Assembly: GCA_951406725.2 (NCBI GenBank)
Contig: OX597833.1
Span: forward strand, 22,010,001-22,074,000
Reading direction: 5' to 3'
DNA length: 64,000 bases
DNA from: Octopus vulgaris
Lineage: Eukaryota
The notes below the pieces were generated by a model, which made no database searches, had not been told where the DNA came from, and worked only from the letters and a program-made list of their open reading frames with translations. The position numbers and the translations under genes were made by a program. Below, piece by piece: positions 24,151 through 38,502 of this stretch. Numbering within the stretch: position 1 is the first letter of the stretch; every line of letters begins with the position of its first letter.

Positions 24151-24419
24151 AAATAAGTATACAAAGCACATGGCATTATAAAAATGGAGAGGTTGTAAAC
24201 ATGGTAATACAACTTTGTCAGGGCTACCAACACAACAGGGGAAGATCTATGTCATAATGCTCTGCAACAAAATGAATGAATGCTTACAAGTAATTACAAA
24301 TAAATTAACTTGTATCAAACTCTTTTGCCAAACCACTAAGTTACAGGGATGTAAACACACCAATGCTGGTTGTCAAGCAATAGTGGGGGGCAAACGAAGA
24401 CACACAAATGCATACATAC

Positions 24420-24463
<44 letters not shown>

Positions 24464-24632
24464 GATGGGCTTCTTTCAGTTTCTGTCTACCAAATCCATT
24501 CACAAAGCTTCAGTTGGCCTGAGGTTATAGTAGAAGACACTTACCCAAAGTGCCATGCAGTGGGGCCGAACCCAAAGCTTCTTAGCCCACAGTCACACTT
24601 ACACCTATTTATATATATACATACATACATAC

Positions 24633-24663
<31 letters not shown>

Positions 24664-24972
24664 ATGTGAGAGTGCATGACCTAATGGTTAGGATGTTGTA
24701 CTCATGATCGCTAGATTGTGGTTTCAATTCCAGGACTGGTGGTGTGTTGTGCCCTTGGGCGAAGCACTTTGTCTCACATTGCTCTGCGATCACTTCGACA
24801 CCTGACACAAGGTACATCATGCACTTGTTCAGACAATGTCGATTTGATGGAGAGAGTGAGCTAATGTATGGCATGAACATTTGATCCCTACAGACAAATT
24901 GTTTGTGCAGATTGTATGGCAAGAAATTGCAGAACACTCATATATCATTTTCGACGGGAGAGTCCGTCATAT

Positions 24973-25052
<80 letters not shown>

Positions 25053-26019
25053 ATGTATATATTATCATCATCATCATTGTTTGATGTCTGCTTTCCATGC
25101 TGGCATGGTTGGACGGTTTGACTGAGGACTGGTGAGCCAGAGGCAGCACCAAGCTTAATCTGATCTGGCAAAGTTTCTACACCTGGATGCCCTTCCTAAC
25201 GCCAACCACTGCGAGAATGTAGTGGGTACCATAATGGAAGGCACTTGCCAAGGTACCACACAGTGGGACCAAACCTGAAACCAGATAGTTGAGGAGCAAA
25301 CTTCTTACCACACAGCTATGCTTGCATCTATTTAAAAAAAACAAAAACAAAATTTTAAAAAAACCCCAAAAAAACACAAATATGGAACACTTCATGAATC
25401 TGCGTGTCATCCTTGCACAGGAAATAAAAAAAAAACAAGAAAGAGGAGAAAATAAGAAAAAGAACTGCACTGCCATCACCTCCGCCCCAACCCTCACACA
25501 CCAATATTTCTTGTAACATTTTGTCAACTACTTGACTTATTTTGGATGCAAACATTCTGTATATATTTTAAATTTCATGTGAAAGAAGAAAGCAATTTAA
25601 TTATGAAACCCTATATAGGAAAAGTCAGATTAAATGTTGTGTTTGTAATTAATTATGTAACTTTTTGATACTCTCTCAGCTGAAAAGATGATGTAAGAAT
25701 GTCAGCATAGCTTAATAAAAATAGAAGCCAGACCTCCTGAGAGAGAAAAGCAATTCTGATCTTTGGTTTCCATCTGAGATCACTCCTCCTCCTTCTCCCC
25801 CTCCTCTCTCTCCTCCAGCCTCACTTCACCCCACCATCACTCCACTGTCTCACCGTTTCACCCTCCACCCTGTTATTTGTGTGTGTGTCAGCCTCATAAT
25901 TCTTTTTTAAACTGTTTTAACATCTGTATCTTCTTCTTCTTCCTCTTCTTCTCCATACGTTTAGCATGCATAAGGCTGGTTGACGGAGTGGTGGTTTTTC
26001 GACTTACCAAGAAAGAAAA

Positions 26020-26310
26020 AGAGATGATGATGATGATGACGATGACGATGTGGAGGTGAACAAGGAGGAGGAGGAAGATGATGACGGTGGTGATGATGAT
26101 GATGATGATTATGAGGAGGAGAAGGATGGCAATGGTGATGATGATGTTGGCAATGATGATGATGATGGTGAATACTGATGATGAGGAGAAAGAGGAAGAT
26201 GGTGATAATGATGATGGTGATAATGATGATGGTGATAATGATGATGATGATAATGATGATGAGATGGAGGAGGATGATGGTGATTGTGATAATGGTGATG
26301 ATGATTGTAA
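26020..26310. repeat. (GAT/GAG/GGT)n low-complexity trinucleotide tract
   Basis: Direct reading; the His-, Asp- and Met-rich ORFs here are artefacts of the repeat. Confidence 0.9.
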
Positions 26311-26676
26311 TTGTAAACAGCATCATCGTTAACCATTTAATGAAGTCCATTCTTTTTTTTTTATTCCCCCAAGATGGAATGTGCTAAATGAGAATACAGT
26401 AAATATGTCATTACTGCATGTGTTTTGGTACTTTGGCATTTCATCTTTGAATGCGTGTGAGCCCCAGCCTTCTGCCACCATCAAAAACCACCACCACCAC
26501 CACCACCATCACCACAACTGAGCTAAAGAAAGGAAACCTTGAACTGATTGCCCTCCCTATGATCAAAGAAGACTAATGATGATAAAACCTTGACCAGCCT
26601 GTAGTAGTTCTCTTTTTCAGACAGGACTATATTATCCATTGTGCCATCACTTTTCTTATATGCTTAAGGTTTAAAG

Positions 26677-26956
26677 CAGTGGTTCCTAAACTTTTTCAGG
26701 TTGCTGCCCCCTTGACACCCAGGCCACATTCCTAGTGGCCCCACCCAAACTAACCATCACAAACATAGACCTCTTTTTGGAACAAATTCAAAGCAACTGC
26801 ATTTCACAAATAAAACTTAACCTAATCAACCCATTATTTTGTTGTTTTTACATGAATCACTCCCCCATTATTGCCCCACTTTTTACATAAATCGCTACCC
26901 CATTATCACCTCAATTAGAACTTTCCATGCAATGCTGCCCACTTTGGGAACAACTA
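26677..26956. mobile_element. hAT (Charlie/Buster-type) MITE
   Basis: CAGTGGTTCCTAAAC ... CTTTGGGAACAACTA termini; 8-bp flanks gtttaaag/atttaaag. Confidence 0.75.
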
Positions 26957-27599
26957 ATTTAAAGTATGGATGTTTTGCTGCTATTTCTAGCAGATTGAGC
27001 AACAAGCATGAGGCTCCCTCTTTGTCTCATGCTATTTGTCAGTTGTTAAGGAGGCTACAGATGGTTGAGTGGATAGGGTAACAAAGAGCTTGCCCAAAGT
27101 CGACAGTTCATATCCTATTATCAGTACTGTATTATGTCTATGGTCAGAATATTTAACTCTCTTGATACCAATCTGCCCAAATCAGCCCTTGGTTTTACAG
27201 TACAAACTTTCTGTTTTAAATTAACACCTCCCATTATAATTTCTTGTTAACTTATCTTCCAAACACCAGCTTATTAGCAACAGAGTAATTTTACTAAATT
27301 CTTCATTATTTCCAAAATTAACTGAAATAGAGACAGTTCTGTATTTTCAGACAAAAATTTACTGCCAAAAAAAAAAAAAAAATGACAGGTCAACTTATAT
27401 ATCAAGATAACTTTGGATTCCATAAAGATTCCATAAGAAATGCAGCAGGTTTTGGAAATATAGGGACAACATTTGGATGTTCATGCTAAACGTATACTCT
27501 ATATACTATATTAACTTGTATGCTAAAAAATACGGTATATCTTGACTGAAATACAGGTCCAAATAGGCAGTGGTGGCTTTATCTTATATCTAAGAATTT

Positions 27600-28080
27600 A
27601 GTTTCTTCTTTGTTGAACACTTCCGTTATGGTGATAGCGTTGGTGTCTCTGTAGGCCAATTCTTGCATAGAAGAGTCAATGAAGGCATTGACTGTATGGT
27701 AATGTTGGTGGAAGATGAGGTTGGTTTTGTCAACCCTTTCTCTCTTGTCATTTGATTTATTACCCTTCTCTTCTGGTCACTTTGAAGTTTTTTGTTCCAA
27801 TGGCGATGGAACACCACCACATGGTATGGTCTTGGGTTTGTGTTTCAAACGATTTAGGCTCAATTCCAGTGGCTTTCAGTGTTGTTTTGAGTTGGTCCTT
27901 ATATCTTTGAAGAGGGTAGCCCCATGGTCTTTTTCTTGAAGTGAGCCCACTGAATAAGACTTGGCATGGAAGTTTTAACTCTTCCGTTCTTGTTATGTGT
28001 CCTGCAGCAAGAAGACGGTGTTTCATGATCAGTGATTTGATATTTTGACTGTTGGCTCTTTCCAGGACTTTGTATGCTCA
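27600..28080 (-). mobile_element. RTE-clade LINE ORF2 3' remnant
   Basis: RLLAAGHITRTEELKLPCQVLFSGL..KRPWGYPLQRYKDQLKTTLK matches the RTE C-terminal pattern LRWAGHV.RM...RLPKQ.L.GEL...R..G.P..RYKD.LK. Confidence 0.85.
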
Positions 28081-28409
28081 TTTTACAACCACATGGTTTC
28101 AGGTTCAGTCACACCTCATGACACCTTGGGCAAATGTCTTCTGTTATTGACTTGTGCTTTATTTTAGCAATCCTGAAAGGATGACCAGTAAAGTTAACAT
28201 TGGTGGGATTTGAACTCAGAATGAAAACAGCCAAAACAAAAGCTGCAATGCATTTTACCAGGTGCTTTGAGAATCCTGCCAATTCAGTATGCTTCTTAAA
28301 AAAAAAAGATTTCTGTGACTTGATATGAATTCAGTAAACAAGGCTGCTAATGAGCTATTTACTCAGAAGTGTCTGTTCAATGTACAAGGTTAACTTCATT
28401 ACATAATAC

Positions 28410-28448
<39 letters not shown>

Positions 28449-28480
28449 TATTAATAACAACAATGATAATAATAATAATA

Positions 28481-28735
28481 AATGATATCAAAACTATCCA
28501 AATATCAAAGTCTGGAAATATAGATAATCAGAGTGCAGGGAATTGAAACTGGAAACAATCCTGATAATAACAAGTACCCTGGGATTGATAAAAAGAAGAT
28601 GCAGACAAAATCTAACCAAAATGACAGGACTGACACACAAACACAACATAAAAGAAATATTATTAGAAGTGTGAGGTACTCCACATATATTTTAAGGTAC
28701 TGTACACATATATTATGTTGAGGCACTGTATGTAT
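28481..28735 (+). mobile_element. Restriction-like-endonuclease non-LTR retrotransposon 3' remnant (R4/Dong-like) beside (AAT)n
   Basis: Manual translation with a stop and frameshift: KYQSLEI*IIRV..LKLETILIITSTLGLIKR ... GTVHIL, resembling KY.DL.IEI.RMW.LK....P.IIG.LG and LGTAHIL. Confidence 0.65.
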
Positions 28736-28869
28736 ATATTATTGTTATGTAAGGCAGTGCCAATAGAACAGAAAGTTAACAAAGAGACATGCACCCAATG
28801 CACTTCAGAGTTGCATAAGGTGTGGCTGCAGGGAAAGCATCCAGCCAAAAGATTAGGCCATTGGAAGAA

Positions 28870-29146
28870 GTAGGGGAGTGGGGAGAGGAACAGGAGGTGG
28901 AGGAGGAAGAACAGAAGGGGAGGAGAAACAGGAGGAAAGGAGGAGGCAGAAAAGGAGAAGGGAAGGAGAAGAGGAAGGGGAGGAAGAAGAAAAGGTGGAT
29001 AAGAAAAGAAGTAGAAGGCTGAGGAGGAGGAGGTGGTGGTGGTGGAGGATAATGATGATGATGAGGAGGAGGAGGAGGAAGAGGAAGGGGAGGAGGCAGA
29101 GGAGGAGGAGGAAGAAGAAGGGGAGGAGGAAGAGGAGGAGAAGAAG

Positions 29147-29180
<34 letters not shown>

Positions 29181-29193
29181 AAGAAGAAGAAGA
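28870..29193. repeat. (GAG/GAA)n purine-rich tract
   Basis: Direct reading of the sequence. Confidence 0.9.
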
Positions 29194-30712
29194 ATGCAAC
29201 AACAACTAAATGATTTCTAATTTCAGCAAAAGACCAGAGTTTGTTTGTCAAGAGCAGGACTTGCTAGTCATGTAAAATCTCATGACAAATATTTATTAAT
29301 TGAAGAGATGGCCTTCTTCTGTAAAGAAGCGACAATCATCATATATGTATATAGATATATACATACACACACATACATATATAAATACATAACAGCCACA
29401 TGTGTATATGTAAACAAACTTACATTTGTTTTTATTAGAAGTGTCGAAGGTGAAATTCTTGAATGCAGCATTGCTGTTAAAACAGCAGAAATAGTGGATA
29501 ATATTACCCATATATGGACGTATGCATATTTTTGTGTTTGTGCTTGACTCCACTACCACTTGACAACTGGTGTTGGTTTGTTTACATCCAAGTGACCTAG
29601 CAGTTCAGCAAAAGAGACTTATAGACTTAAAATAAGTACAGGAGTTGATTTGTTTAACTAAAATCCTTCAAGGCTTGTGCTCCAGTATGGACCTCACCTG
29701 GAGGAGGTAAAATTCATTTCAGGACGTACTGAGTCAGTCTTGATGAAGCAGATCCAAGACCAAAGACTTTCTGGTCATCACTGTCCTACTTTTATTTACA
29801 TCTAGAATGAAGATTTGGCCCAATGCGTCCTTTTTGTTTTCAGACAGTAAAGTGAGGTTTGAGGGATGTTTGGTTGCTATATCTAGCAAGTCAAGTGACC
29901 ATGGAGAGGCTCCATTGTTAACCCAGTATAAAAAAAAAATGTTTCTTAGTTTGGTGTGCAAAGCAGTGTATTACAGTGTATAGAGTCAACAAGAATTTAA
30001 TGTAAAGGGACATTAAAGGGGACAGTGTGCCGTACTGACACATTAAACTCCTTAACATGGAAGGTAATATATCATCTGACAGAAGGAGGAATAATTTCTT
30101 TCACACGGCTGTTTGCAAACAAGAAAACAAAATAAAATAAAAATAAAAAAGATAAAATAGTAAAAATAAAGTAAAAAAAAAAGCCTTGACTAAAACTGAC
30201 AAATTTCAATGGGAAATTCAAAAGTCTGCAAATCTTACTTGATAATTCAATTTTGTTGGTGGTAAGTTGTGGAAAACCAAAGTCATGTTAAGAACTTAGA
30301 TTCTGTTATTAATTAGGCAATATACTTCATGGTAAATCTCTTTCCTCCTATCTTTCCATCAAAATAAAAAAAAAAAGGCTCTTTTATGACATGCTATGAT
30401 ATTATTACAGCTTTCATAAAACAACTTCAAAATTGGTTTCCTTTGACCTACCTCCTCCCCTCCCCCCGTCTCTTCCATCCACCTCACCATTTCCAACTTA
30501 AACCAACATGACAAATTGATAAATAATTATAATATATATTCTCTAATCTAACAGTCTCCATCATCATCATCATCATCATCATTATCATCATCGTCATCAA
30601 CATTATCATCACCATCATGATCATCATCATTGTTGTCGTTGCTGCCACCACTGCCACCGCCTTTGTTGTCATCATCATCATCATCGTCATCATCGTCATC
30701 ATCATCATCATT

Positions 30713-30929
30713 AAAGCGGTGAGCTGGTAGAATTGTTAGCACGCTGAACAAAATACTTAGAAGTATTTTGCCTGTTGCTACGTTCTGAGTTCAAATTCCA
30801 CCAAGGTTGACTTTACCATTCATCCTTTTGGGGTCGATAAAATAAGTACCAGTTGAACACTGGAATTGATGTAATCGACTCATCCCCTCCCCCAAAATTG
30901 CTGCCCTTGTGGCTAAATTTGAAACTATA

Positions 30930-30971
<42 letters not shown>

Positions 30972-32066
30972 GTTAAGGCAGTGAGCTGGCAGAATTGTTA
31001 GTATGCTGGATGAAATGCTTAGCAGTATTTCACCTGTTGCTATGTTCTCAGTTCAAATTCTGCCAAGATCAACTTTGCCTTTTATCAGGGTCAATAAATT
31101 AAGTACCAGTGAAACACTGGGGTTGATGTAATTGACACATCCCCTCCCGCCAAATTGCTGTCCTCATAGCAAAATTTGAAACCATTATTAATTCTATTAT
31201 TATTAAGGCGTTGGAGTGGCTGTGTGGTAAGTAGCATGCTTACCAACCACATGGTTCCAGGTTCAGTCCCACTGCATGGCACCTTGGGCAAATGTCTTCT
31301 ACTATATCCTTGGGCCGACCAAAGCCTTGTGAGTGGATTTGGGAGATGGAAACTGAAAGAAGCCTGTCGTATATATATGTATGTGTATATGTGTGTGTAT
31401 TTGTGTTTGTCCCCCCAACATCACTTGACAACCGATGCTGGTATGTTTATGTCCCCGTAACTTAGCAGTTTGGCAAAAGAGACCGATAGAATAAGTACTA
31501 GGCTTACAAAGAATAAGTCCTGGGGTCTATTTGCTCGACTAAAGGCAGTGCTCCAGCATGGCCACAGTCAAATGACTGAAACAAGTAAAAGAGTAAAGAG
31601 TAAGGCAACAAGCTGGCAGAATCATTAGCACGCCAGACAAAATGGTTAACGGTATTTCATCTATTGCTGCATTCTGAGTTCAAATTTTGCCAAGGTTGAC
31701 TTTGCCTTTCATCCTTTCGGGGTTGATAAATTAAGTACCAATCAGGTACTGGGGTCAATGTGATCAACTTACCCCCTACCCCAAAATTTCAGGCTTTGTA
31801 CCTACAGTAGAAAAGATTATTATTATTGTTATCATTATCATTATTACTAAGGTAGCAAGCTGGCAGAATTGTTAACACATCAGCAAAATGCTTAGTAACA
31901 GTTCTTCTGTATTTACATTCTGAGTTCAAATTTCACTGAGGCTGACCTTGCCTTTCATCAATTCAGGATCAATAAAATAAGTACCAGTTGAGCACTGGAG
32001 TCGATGTAATCAATTAGCATCCTCTCCAAATATTCAGGCCTTGTGCCTAAAGTAGAAAGGATTATT
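30713..32066 (+). mobile_element. Head-to-tail train of SINEs (B, B, A, B, B), mostly separated by (ATT)n
   Basis: B heads at ~30713, 30975, 31602 and 31849; full family A copy at ~31205-31600. Confidence 0.88.
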
Positions 32067-32605
32067 GCTGATGTTTTTCTTTTTACATTATTTCATAGTA
32101 AATTTTATTTGACTGTAACTTAATAAAATAAATTGGGTTTTAATAAGGTATTAAAATGAGGTGGGGGTGGCGTTAAGAAATTAAGTTAACAATGAGGTTT
32201 GGTGACATTTGGGTTATTAACAGGAAATGGTAAGCCCCAAAACCCTCACCACCATCATTGACAGCATATCAGGACAATTAGCCCCCCCCCCCGAGGACAA
32301 TTACCCCCCCCCCCGTAGTACAATGATAACTACCCCCCTAGGAAATTACTCCCTTGGTTAATTACCTCCTCTCCAATATATTAAGAAGTTTGAAATCATC
32401 ATATGTTGTCCTCAGGGGTAAATTGTCAGTTTTTCCTGTTTTTTTACTCTTTTATTCTTTTATTGTTTCAGTCATTTGACTGCAGCCAAGCTGGAGCACT
32501 GCCTTTTAGTCGAACAAAACTGTAAACCTAGTACTAAAAATATATATAGACATGTGTGTGTCTTTGTAGTTGTGCTTCCATCCACCATCACCACCACTAC
32601 CACCA

Positions 32606-32662
<57 letters not shown>

Positions 32663-32719
32663 GTCTGTCTGTCTGTCTGTCTGCCTGTCTGTCTGTCTGT
32701 GTGTCCATCTGTCCATCCA

Positions 32720-33046
32720 TCAGTGGTTAGAGCGTTGAGCTTACAATCGTGAAGTTGTGAGTTTGAATCCCGGACTGGGCTGCGTGTTGTGTTCTTGAGC
32801 AAGACACTTTATTTCATGTTGCTCCAGTTCACTCAGCTGTAGAAATGAGTTGCGACGTCACAGGTGCCAAGCTGTATCAGCTTTTGCCTTTGCCTTTCCC
32901 TTGGATAACACTGGTGGCGTGGAGAGGGGAGGTCGGTATGCATGGACGACTGCTGGTCTTCCATAAACGACCTTGCCTAGACTTGTGCCTGGGAGGGTAA
33001 CTTTCTAGGTGCAATCCCACAGTCAGTCATGACCGAAGGGGGTCTC
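32720..33046 (+). mobile_element. SINE family C copy
   Basis: Highly similar to 399-730. Confidence 0.88.
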
Positions 33047-34362
33047 AATACACACACACACACACACTCACATATACATATATACTCAACAAAGGAAGAT
33101 ACATGGCATAGTGGTTAGGATGTTGGACTCATGATTGTAAGATTGCGGTTTCGATTCCTGGACTGGGCAACATATTGTGTTCTTGAGCAACACACTTCCT
33201 TTCACATTGCTCCAGTCCCTTCAGCTGGCAGCAATGAGTAATCCTGCAATGGACTGGCAGCCCGCCCAGGTGGGGAATATATATGCCACAGCAACCAGGA
33301 AACTGGCCCTACAAATCTATATAACTCGGGAAGGATCTTCATCTTCCATTTATACTTTAGGCTTCTACACAGTTTCCATCAACTAAATTCACTCACAAGG
33401 CACATGTCAGCCCAAGGCTATAGAAGACAACATTTGTCTAAGGTGCTACGCAGTGGGACTGAACCTGATATCATGTGGTTCCAAAGCAAGCCCTTTAACC
33501 ATAAATCAAAGCCTGCACCAATAGAATGTTTATAATCCTGCAATTACGTTGTTTTTACATGACTAAAATGGTTCTCCTATGATGTAATCACTACAGTTTC
33601 AGATTGAGTCACTTGTTCGACAAACACAGCTCCAGAAGCAATAATATTTATTTCTTCAGAGAACTAAGAGCTAGCAGGGTTGGAGCACCTGACAAAAATG
33701 CCATGCAACATATATCTTTTACATGTCTACAATCTTGATTCAAGGCCCACAAATATTGGCAGCTTGCCTATTGAAAGGATTAAAAAAATTTTTTTTAATC
33801 AGAGTAGTGGAGACATGAAAATAAAAAATAGTAAAAAAAAAAAAAAGAAAAACCTGAACTAGAAAAAGGTAAAATAGATTGTTTATAAAGTAATACCTCT
33901 GAGGTAATATATTTTCACATGCTTGTGTTTTTTTTTTCTGCTTTAAGTAATTTAAGAAATATAAATTAGATTAACTAAATGAAACCAAATGCAATAGACC
34001 TGCAGTTAAAAACATCTAATTAAGGTAGTAGAATAAAGAATTAGTGGAAATGTTGGTGTTAATTTTACTAAATCTCTAGTTTAGATTAATTTTCTCAGAT
34101 GACTAAACTGTACTAAGTTTCATCAAGGCAAAAGAAGAAAAAAAAAAGAAAAAAGGGAATAAAAAAAAATTTTAATTTAAAAAATTTACTTTTATCTTTT
34201 TGGCAAATAATTCTAACTGCCACCACCAAGAGAAAATATATATATTTACACATATACTATTCACATATGTATACACATATAATACAATATAAATATTTAT
34301 ATATATATATATATACACACACACACTCACACATATATACATATATACATATATATATATAT

Positions 34363-34404
<42 letters not shown>

Positions 34405-36104
34405 GTTTAACGTCCGCAAAAAATAAAATATATATATATATATATATACATCATGTACATATATGCATACATATATGTACATACTTACATATATATGAAT
34501 ATTCCTATGCATATATGGGTACAGGACGTCATAAAACATAAACAACATGAAATATGAAAACATGGAATACAAACTTTTTTCGTGAACAACGAAAGAAACA
34601 AATGGAAAACAAGACAAGTAACATAAAGAATGACCTTTCATCAGTTGTTGGCTGTTTATCTACCCCACATTTCGAGCAATTATGACAAGATGTTTGTTTT
34701 TACTGTCCTGTTTTCGTTACCCACTTTGACCCTCTGCAAATCCCAAATTTTTTTTTACTTTGCGGGACCAACTGTTTTATTATTATATCATATAATAATA
34801 TCACGTAATATCATATAATATATCATATAATTATATCATTGTTTATATTATTATATCATATTAAACTGGCGAGCTGGCAGAATCGTTAGCACGCCAAGCG
34901 AAATGCTTAGCGGTATTTTGTCTGCCGTAAGGTTCTGAGTTCGAATTCTACCGAGATCACCTTTGCCCTTCATCCTTTCAGGCTCAATAAAATTAGTACC
35001 AGTTATGTACTGGGGTTGATGTAATTGACTTAAATTTGAGGCCTTGTGCTTCCAGTAGAAAGGATTTATTCGAGTTGAAGAAGTGTGACACATTGACATT
35101 CACATTTATTATATTAGATATGTTTAATTTTGGGGAAACTTAATTTCAATTAAAGTGTATTTTATGTGTGTGTGTGTGTGTGTGTAAGGATATGTATTAA
35201 AGAAAGCAAAAAATAAAACAAAAATTATAGTGTTTAGTATGTTGGTGACAGGAATTTCTGACAAAGAGACATGGTTAAACAAAGTTGGACATCATCTCCC
35301 TCTTTCTCACACATACCCACTCTTTCTCTCTCTTTTATTATTACTCCCACTACCACCATCAACACTACCTTTAACAAAACATCATCAACTCTCCCTAAAT
35401 TTCTTTGTCTCTCTTTCACTCCCTCTTTTTTCTTTCTCTCTTTCTCTGTCTGTCTTTGCCACCGCCCACACCATCTCTATTCCTACTATTACTCTCACCC
35501 CATCATGAGGAATAGTAGGAGTATCATTGAATAGTGAGAGAGGGGGGGTCTAAATGTGACACACTGACACACAGAAATTAGTTTTCGCATTTATTATATT
35601 AGATACACACACACACACACTTACACACATATATATACATAAACACACACATACACACATATATGTGTATGTGTGTATGTACACGTACACACACACACAC
35701 ACACACACATTCTCTCTGTCAGTCTTGCTCATTTCAGTTTTGTTGAACTGATTTTTGTAACCAATTTTCTTAACCAACCTAAAACATTTACCTGCAATTT
35801 TACAACCTTTCATTTCAAAGCCTTTCCAACCTTGCAGAAGAAACTTCCTTCGCATGCAAGCAAGGCAGTCAAAAACGTATATAAAAAGTAAATCTCTTTA
35901 TGTCTGGAAATATAAAATATTACAAATGTTATGAATACTGTATGTCTGTAAAATGAAGTTTATAAATGAGTCTGGTTCAGCAGAAGGTGGGCTTTTTAAT
36001 AGTTTTTCTGAAATTCGACAGCGAAAAAATGTTTTTTAGCTCTCGTAGTAAAATATTATTCCATATGTTATAAATAAAGCTATTTTGATAACTTGATACT
36101 CAAT

Positions 36105-36345
36105 AAAAGGGCATCTCAAAATCCAGCATCATGGAGGAAGAACTTTATTGCAAGGTACCTTCAATAACAACCATACATCAACAAAATTAAGGAGTGTTGG
36201 TCATTGCTGGAAGTGCAAAGATGAGGTGGGTAGTACATCAGTTGTGGCTATGGAAGCCTGTTCATGGCTGTGACAAAGGATACGGATGAAAACCCTACTT
36301 TATGCACACCAGCTGATTTGGCAGATGTCACTGGTATAAAACAGG
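36105..36345 (+). mobile_element. Non-LTR retrotransposon (RTE-like) 3' remnant
   Basis: Fragments EELYCKVPSIT, GHCWKCKDE and QLWLWKPVHG lie in shifted frames. Confidence 0.55.
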
Positions 36346-37723
36346 GAAACCTATTTGCTTCTATGGACAGTTGTGTTTCTTGTTTATTCCTAATTCCATC
36401 GATCTGTTAATCATTTACTGTAATAGTAACCATAGAAATATTAAATCACTGAACCAATGACAGCATTTCCATGTGGTTGCATGACCTATTAGAAATAATA
36501 GCTGTCCTAAAACAAAGAAAAAGACACACTGGATAATGAAATCCAAGATACTCATAAAAGGATGGAATGGTCATAATTAGAATGCCTTTAGTCATAGGTT
36601 TATTTGAACAGGATTGACCTGAGGTTGGGCAACAATAACATAAATATTAGTAATAAATTTTGGCACAGGTTCAGAAATTTCGGGGAAGGGACTAAGTTGA
36701 TTACACCAATCCCAGTACCCAACTGCTAATTATTTTATCAACCCCAAAAGGATGAAAAGTAAAGTCAACCTTGGTGGAATTTGAACTCAGAATGGAAAGA
36801 CAGACAAAATACCACTAAGCATTTTACTCAGCATGCTAACAATTTTGCCAGCTCACTAACTTAGATATTGAAACAGCAGATGTTTCATTATTCTAGTTCA
36901 GATCAAACAATTAATTAGTTACATCAAAATTTTAAAATTGGATTATTGATGAATAAAATGCCTCATGGTGTTCAGTTGGATAAGGTCTGTCGCCAGAAAA
37001 GCATTAAAATGAGACAAATTTTATGGATCTAGTGCAGGCATTTTTGATCTCCATCTGTTATGCCACCAAAGTACCAGCCATTAGCCTCAGCATGCTATCC
37101 TTAATGATATCATCAAACATAGTGGGACATGTTGTCACTTGTCAGGAGCATTTAAGTTTGCATGAGGAATAAAAGAAGAAAGAGGCAGCTATGCACAATG
37201 TTTTACCCTTCAAATTACTCTTCCCACCCAGAAGCAGTTGTGGAGTCCAATTTTATATCAGAACAAAAACCAGATCAGAAGGAATGTAAATGTTCTGCAA
37301 TAGTTCCAACCTTGTAAACAAAAATGGTAGAGGAACTGTCATTTCAAAAGGACAAAAGGCAATGTTGGTCTCAGCAGGATTTCAACTCAGATCATAGGGA
37401 GTCAAAAATGAACACCACAAGGCACTATGATTGATGCTCTACTGAGCCAATCAACTTACTGCTTTATTTCTAAAATATAAGATATAATTTTTATGGAACA
37501 TTATACACAGGCGTGGCTATGTGGTAAGAAGTTTGCTTCCCAACCACATGGCTCAGAGTTCAGTCCCATTGCATGGCACCTGCATCTTGGCAAGTGTTTC
37601 TACTATAGACCAAAGCCTTGTGAGTGGATTTGGCACATGGAAAATGAAAGTAACCTGTCATATATATATATATGTGTGTGTGTGTGTTTGTGTATATATA
37701 TATATATATATTATTATACACAA

Positions 37724-37758
<35 letters not shown>

Positions 37759-38237
37759 CACATACATAAATGTGGCCATTCATCATGTTGAACCATTAAT
37801 CCCTACACATTTTCTTTCTCTCTTCATTTTTTCATTCTCTCTCCTTATTTTCCTCTCAATCCTTTCTGTCAAGGAGCATAGGCTCAAAACATCAAAGACT
37901 TTTCTATTCAAACCAACTACAGTTGTCAAATGGTGATGGGAGACAAATATAAACACACACACATACACACATACATACATACGTACATACATACATACAT
38001 ACATACAGGCATATGTAATACTTACATACATACACACACATACATATATATATATGTATATGTATACATACAACAGGCTTCTTTTACAGGTTATAATGGA
38101 AGATACTTTCCCAAGGTGCTATCAAGTGGGAATGAACTTGAAACCATGTAGTTGGGAAGCAAGCTTCTTACCTCACAGCCACATCTGTGCTTATATATAC
38201 ATATGTATATATGTGTGTGTGTATATATGTGTGTGTA

Positions 38238-38283
<46 letters not shown>

Positions 38284-38502
38284 CATACATATATATGTAT
38301 ACATGTGTATATATATATATGTACATTCACACACACATGTATGCATGCGTATATATGTATGTATGTATATACATATATATATAAAATAATAATAATAATG
38401 ATAATAATAATAATAATGATTAATAATAGGGAGTATAAATTCAAACTTACAGGGAAAAATTCAATTTAGTATTAAATCAAATTTCACGATATAAATATAT
38501 AT

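Noticed and set aside
34625-34682. Minus-strand gctcGAAA...CTGATGA as a type II hammerhead (similar CTGAAGA near 54495)
   Set aside because: The flanks do not pair to form stem II, and stems I and III are not evident.
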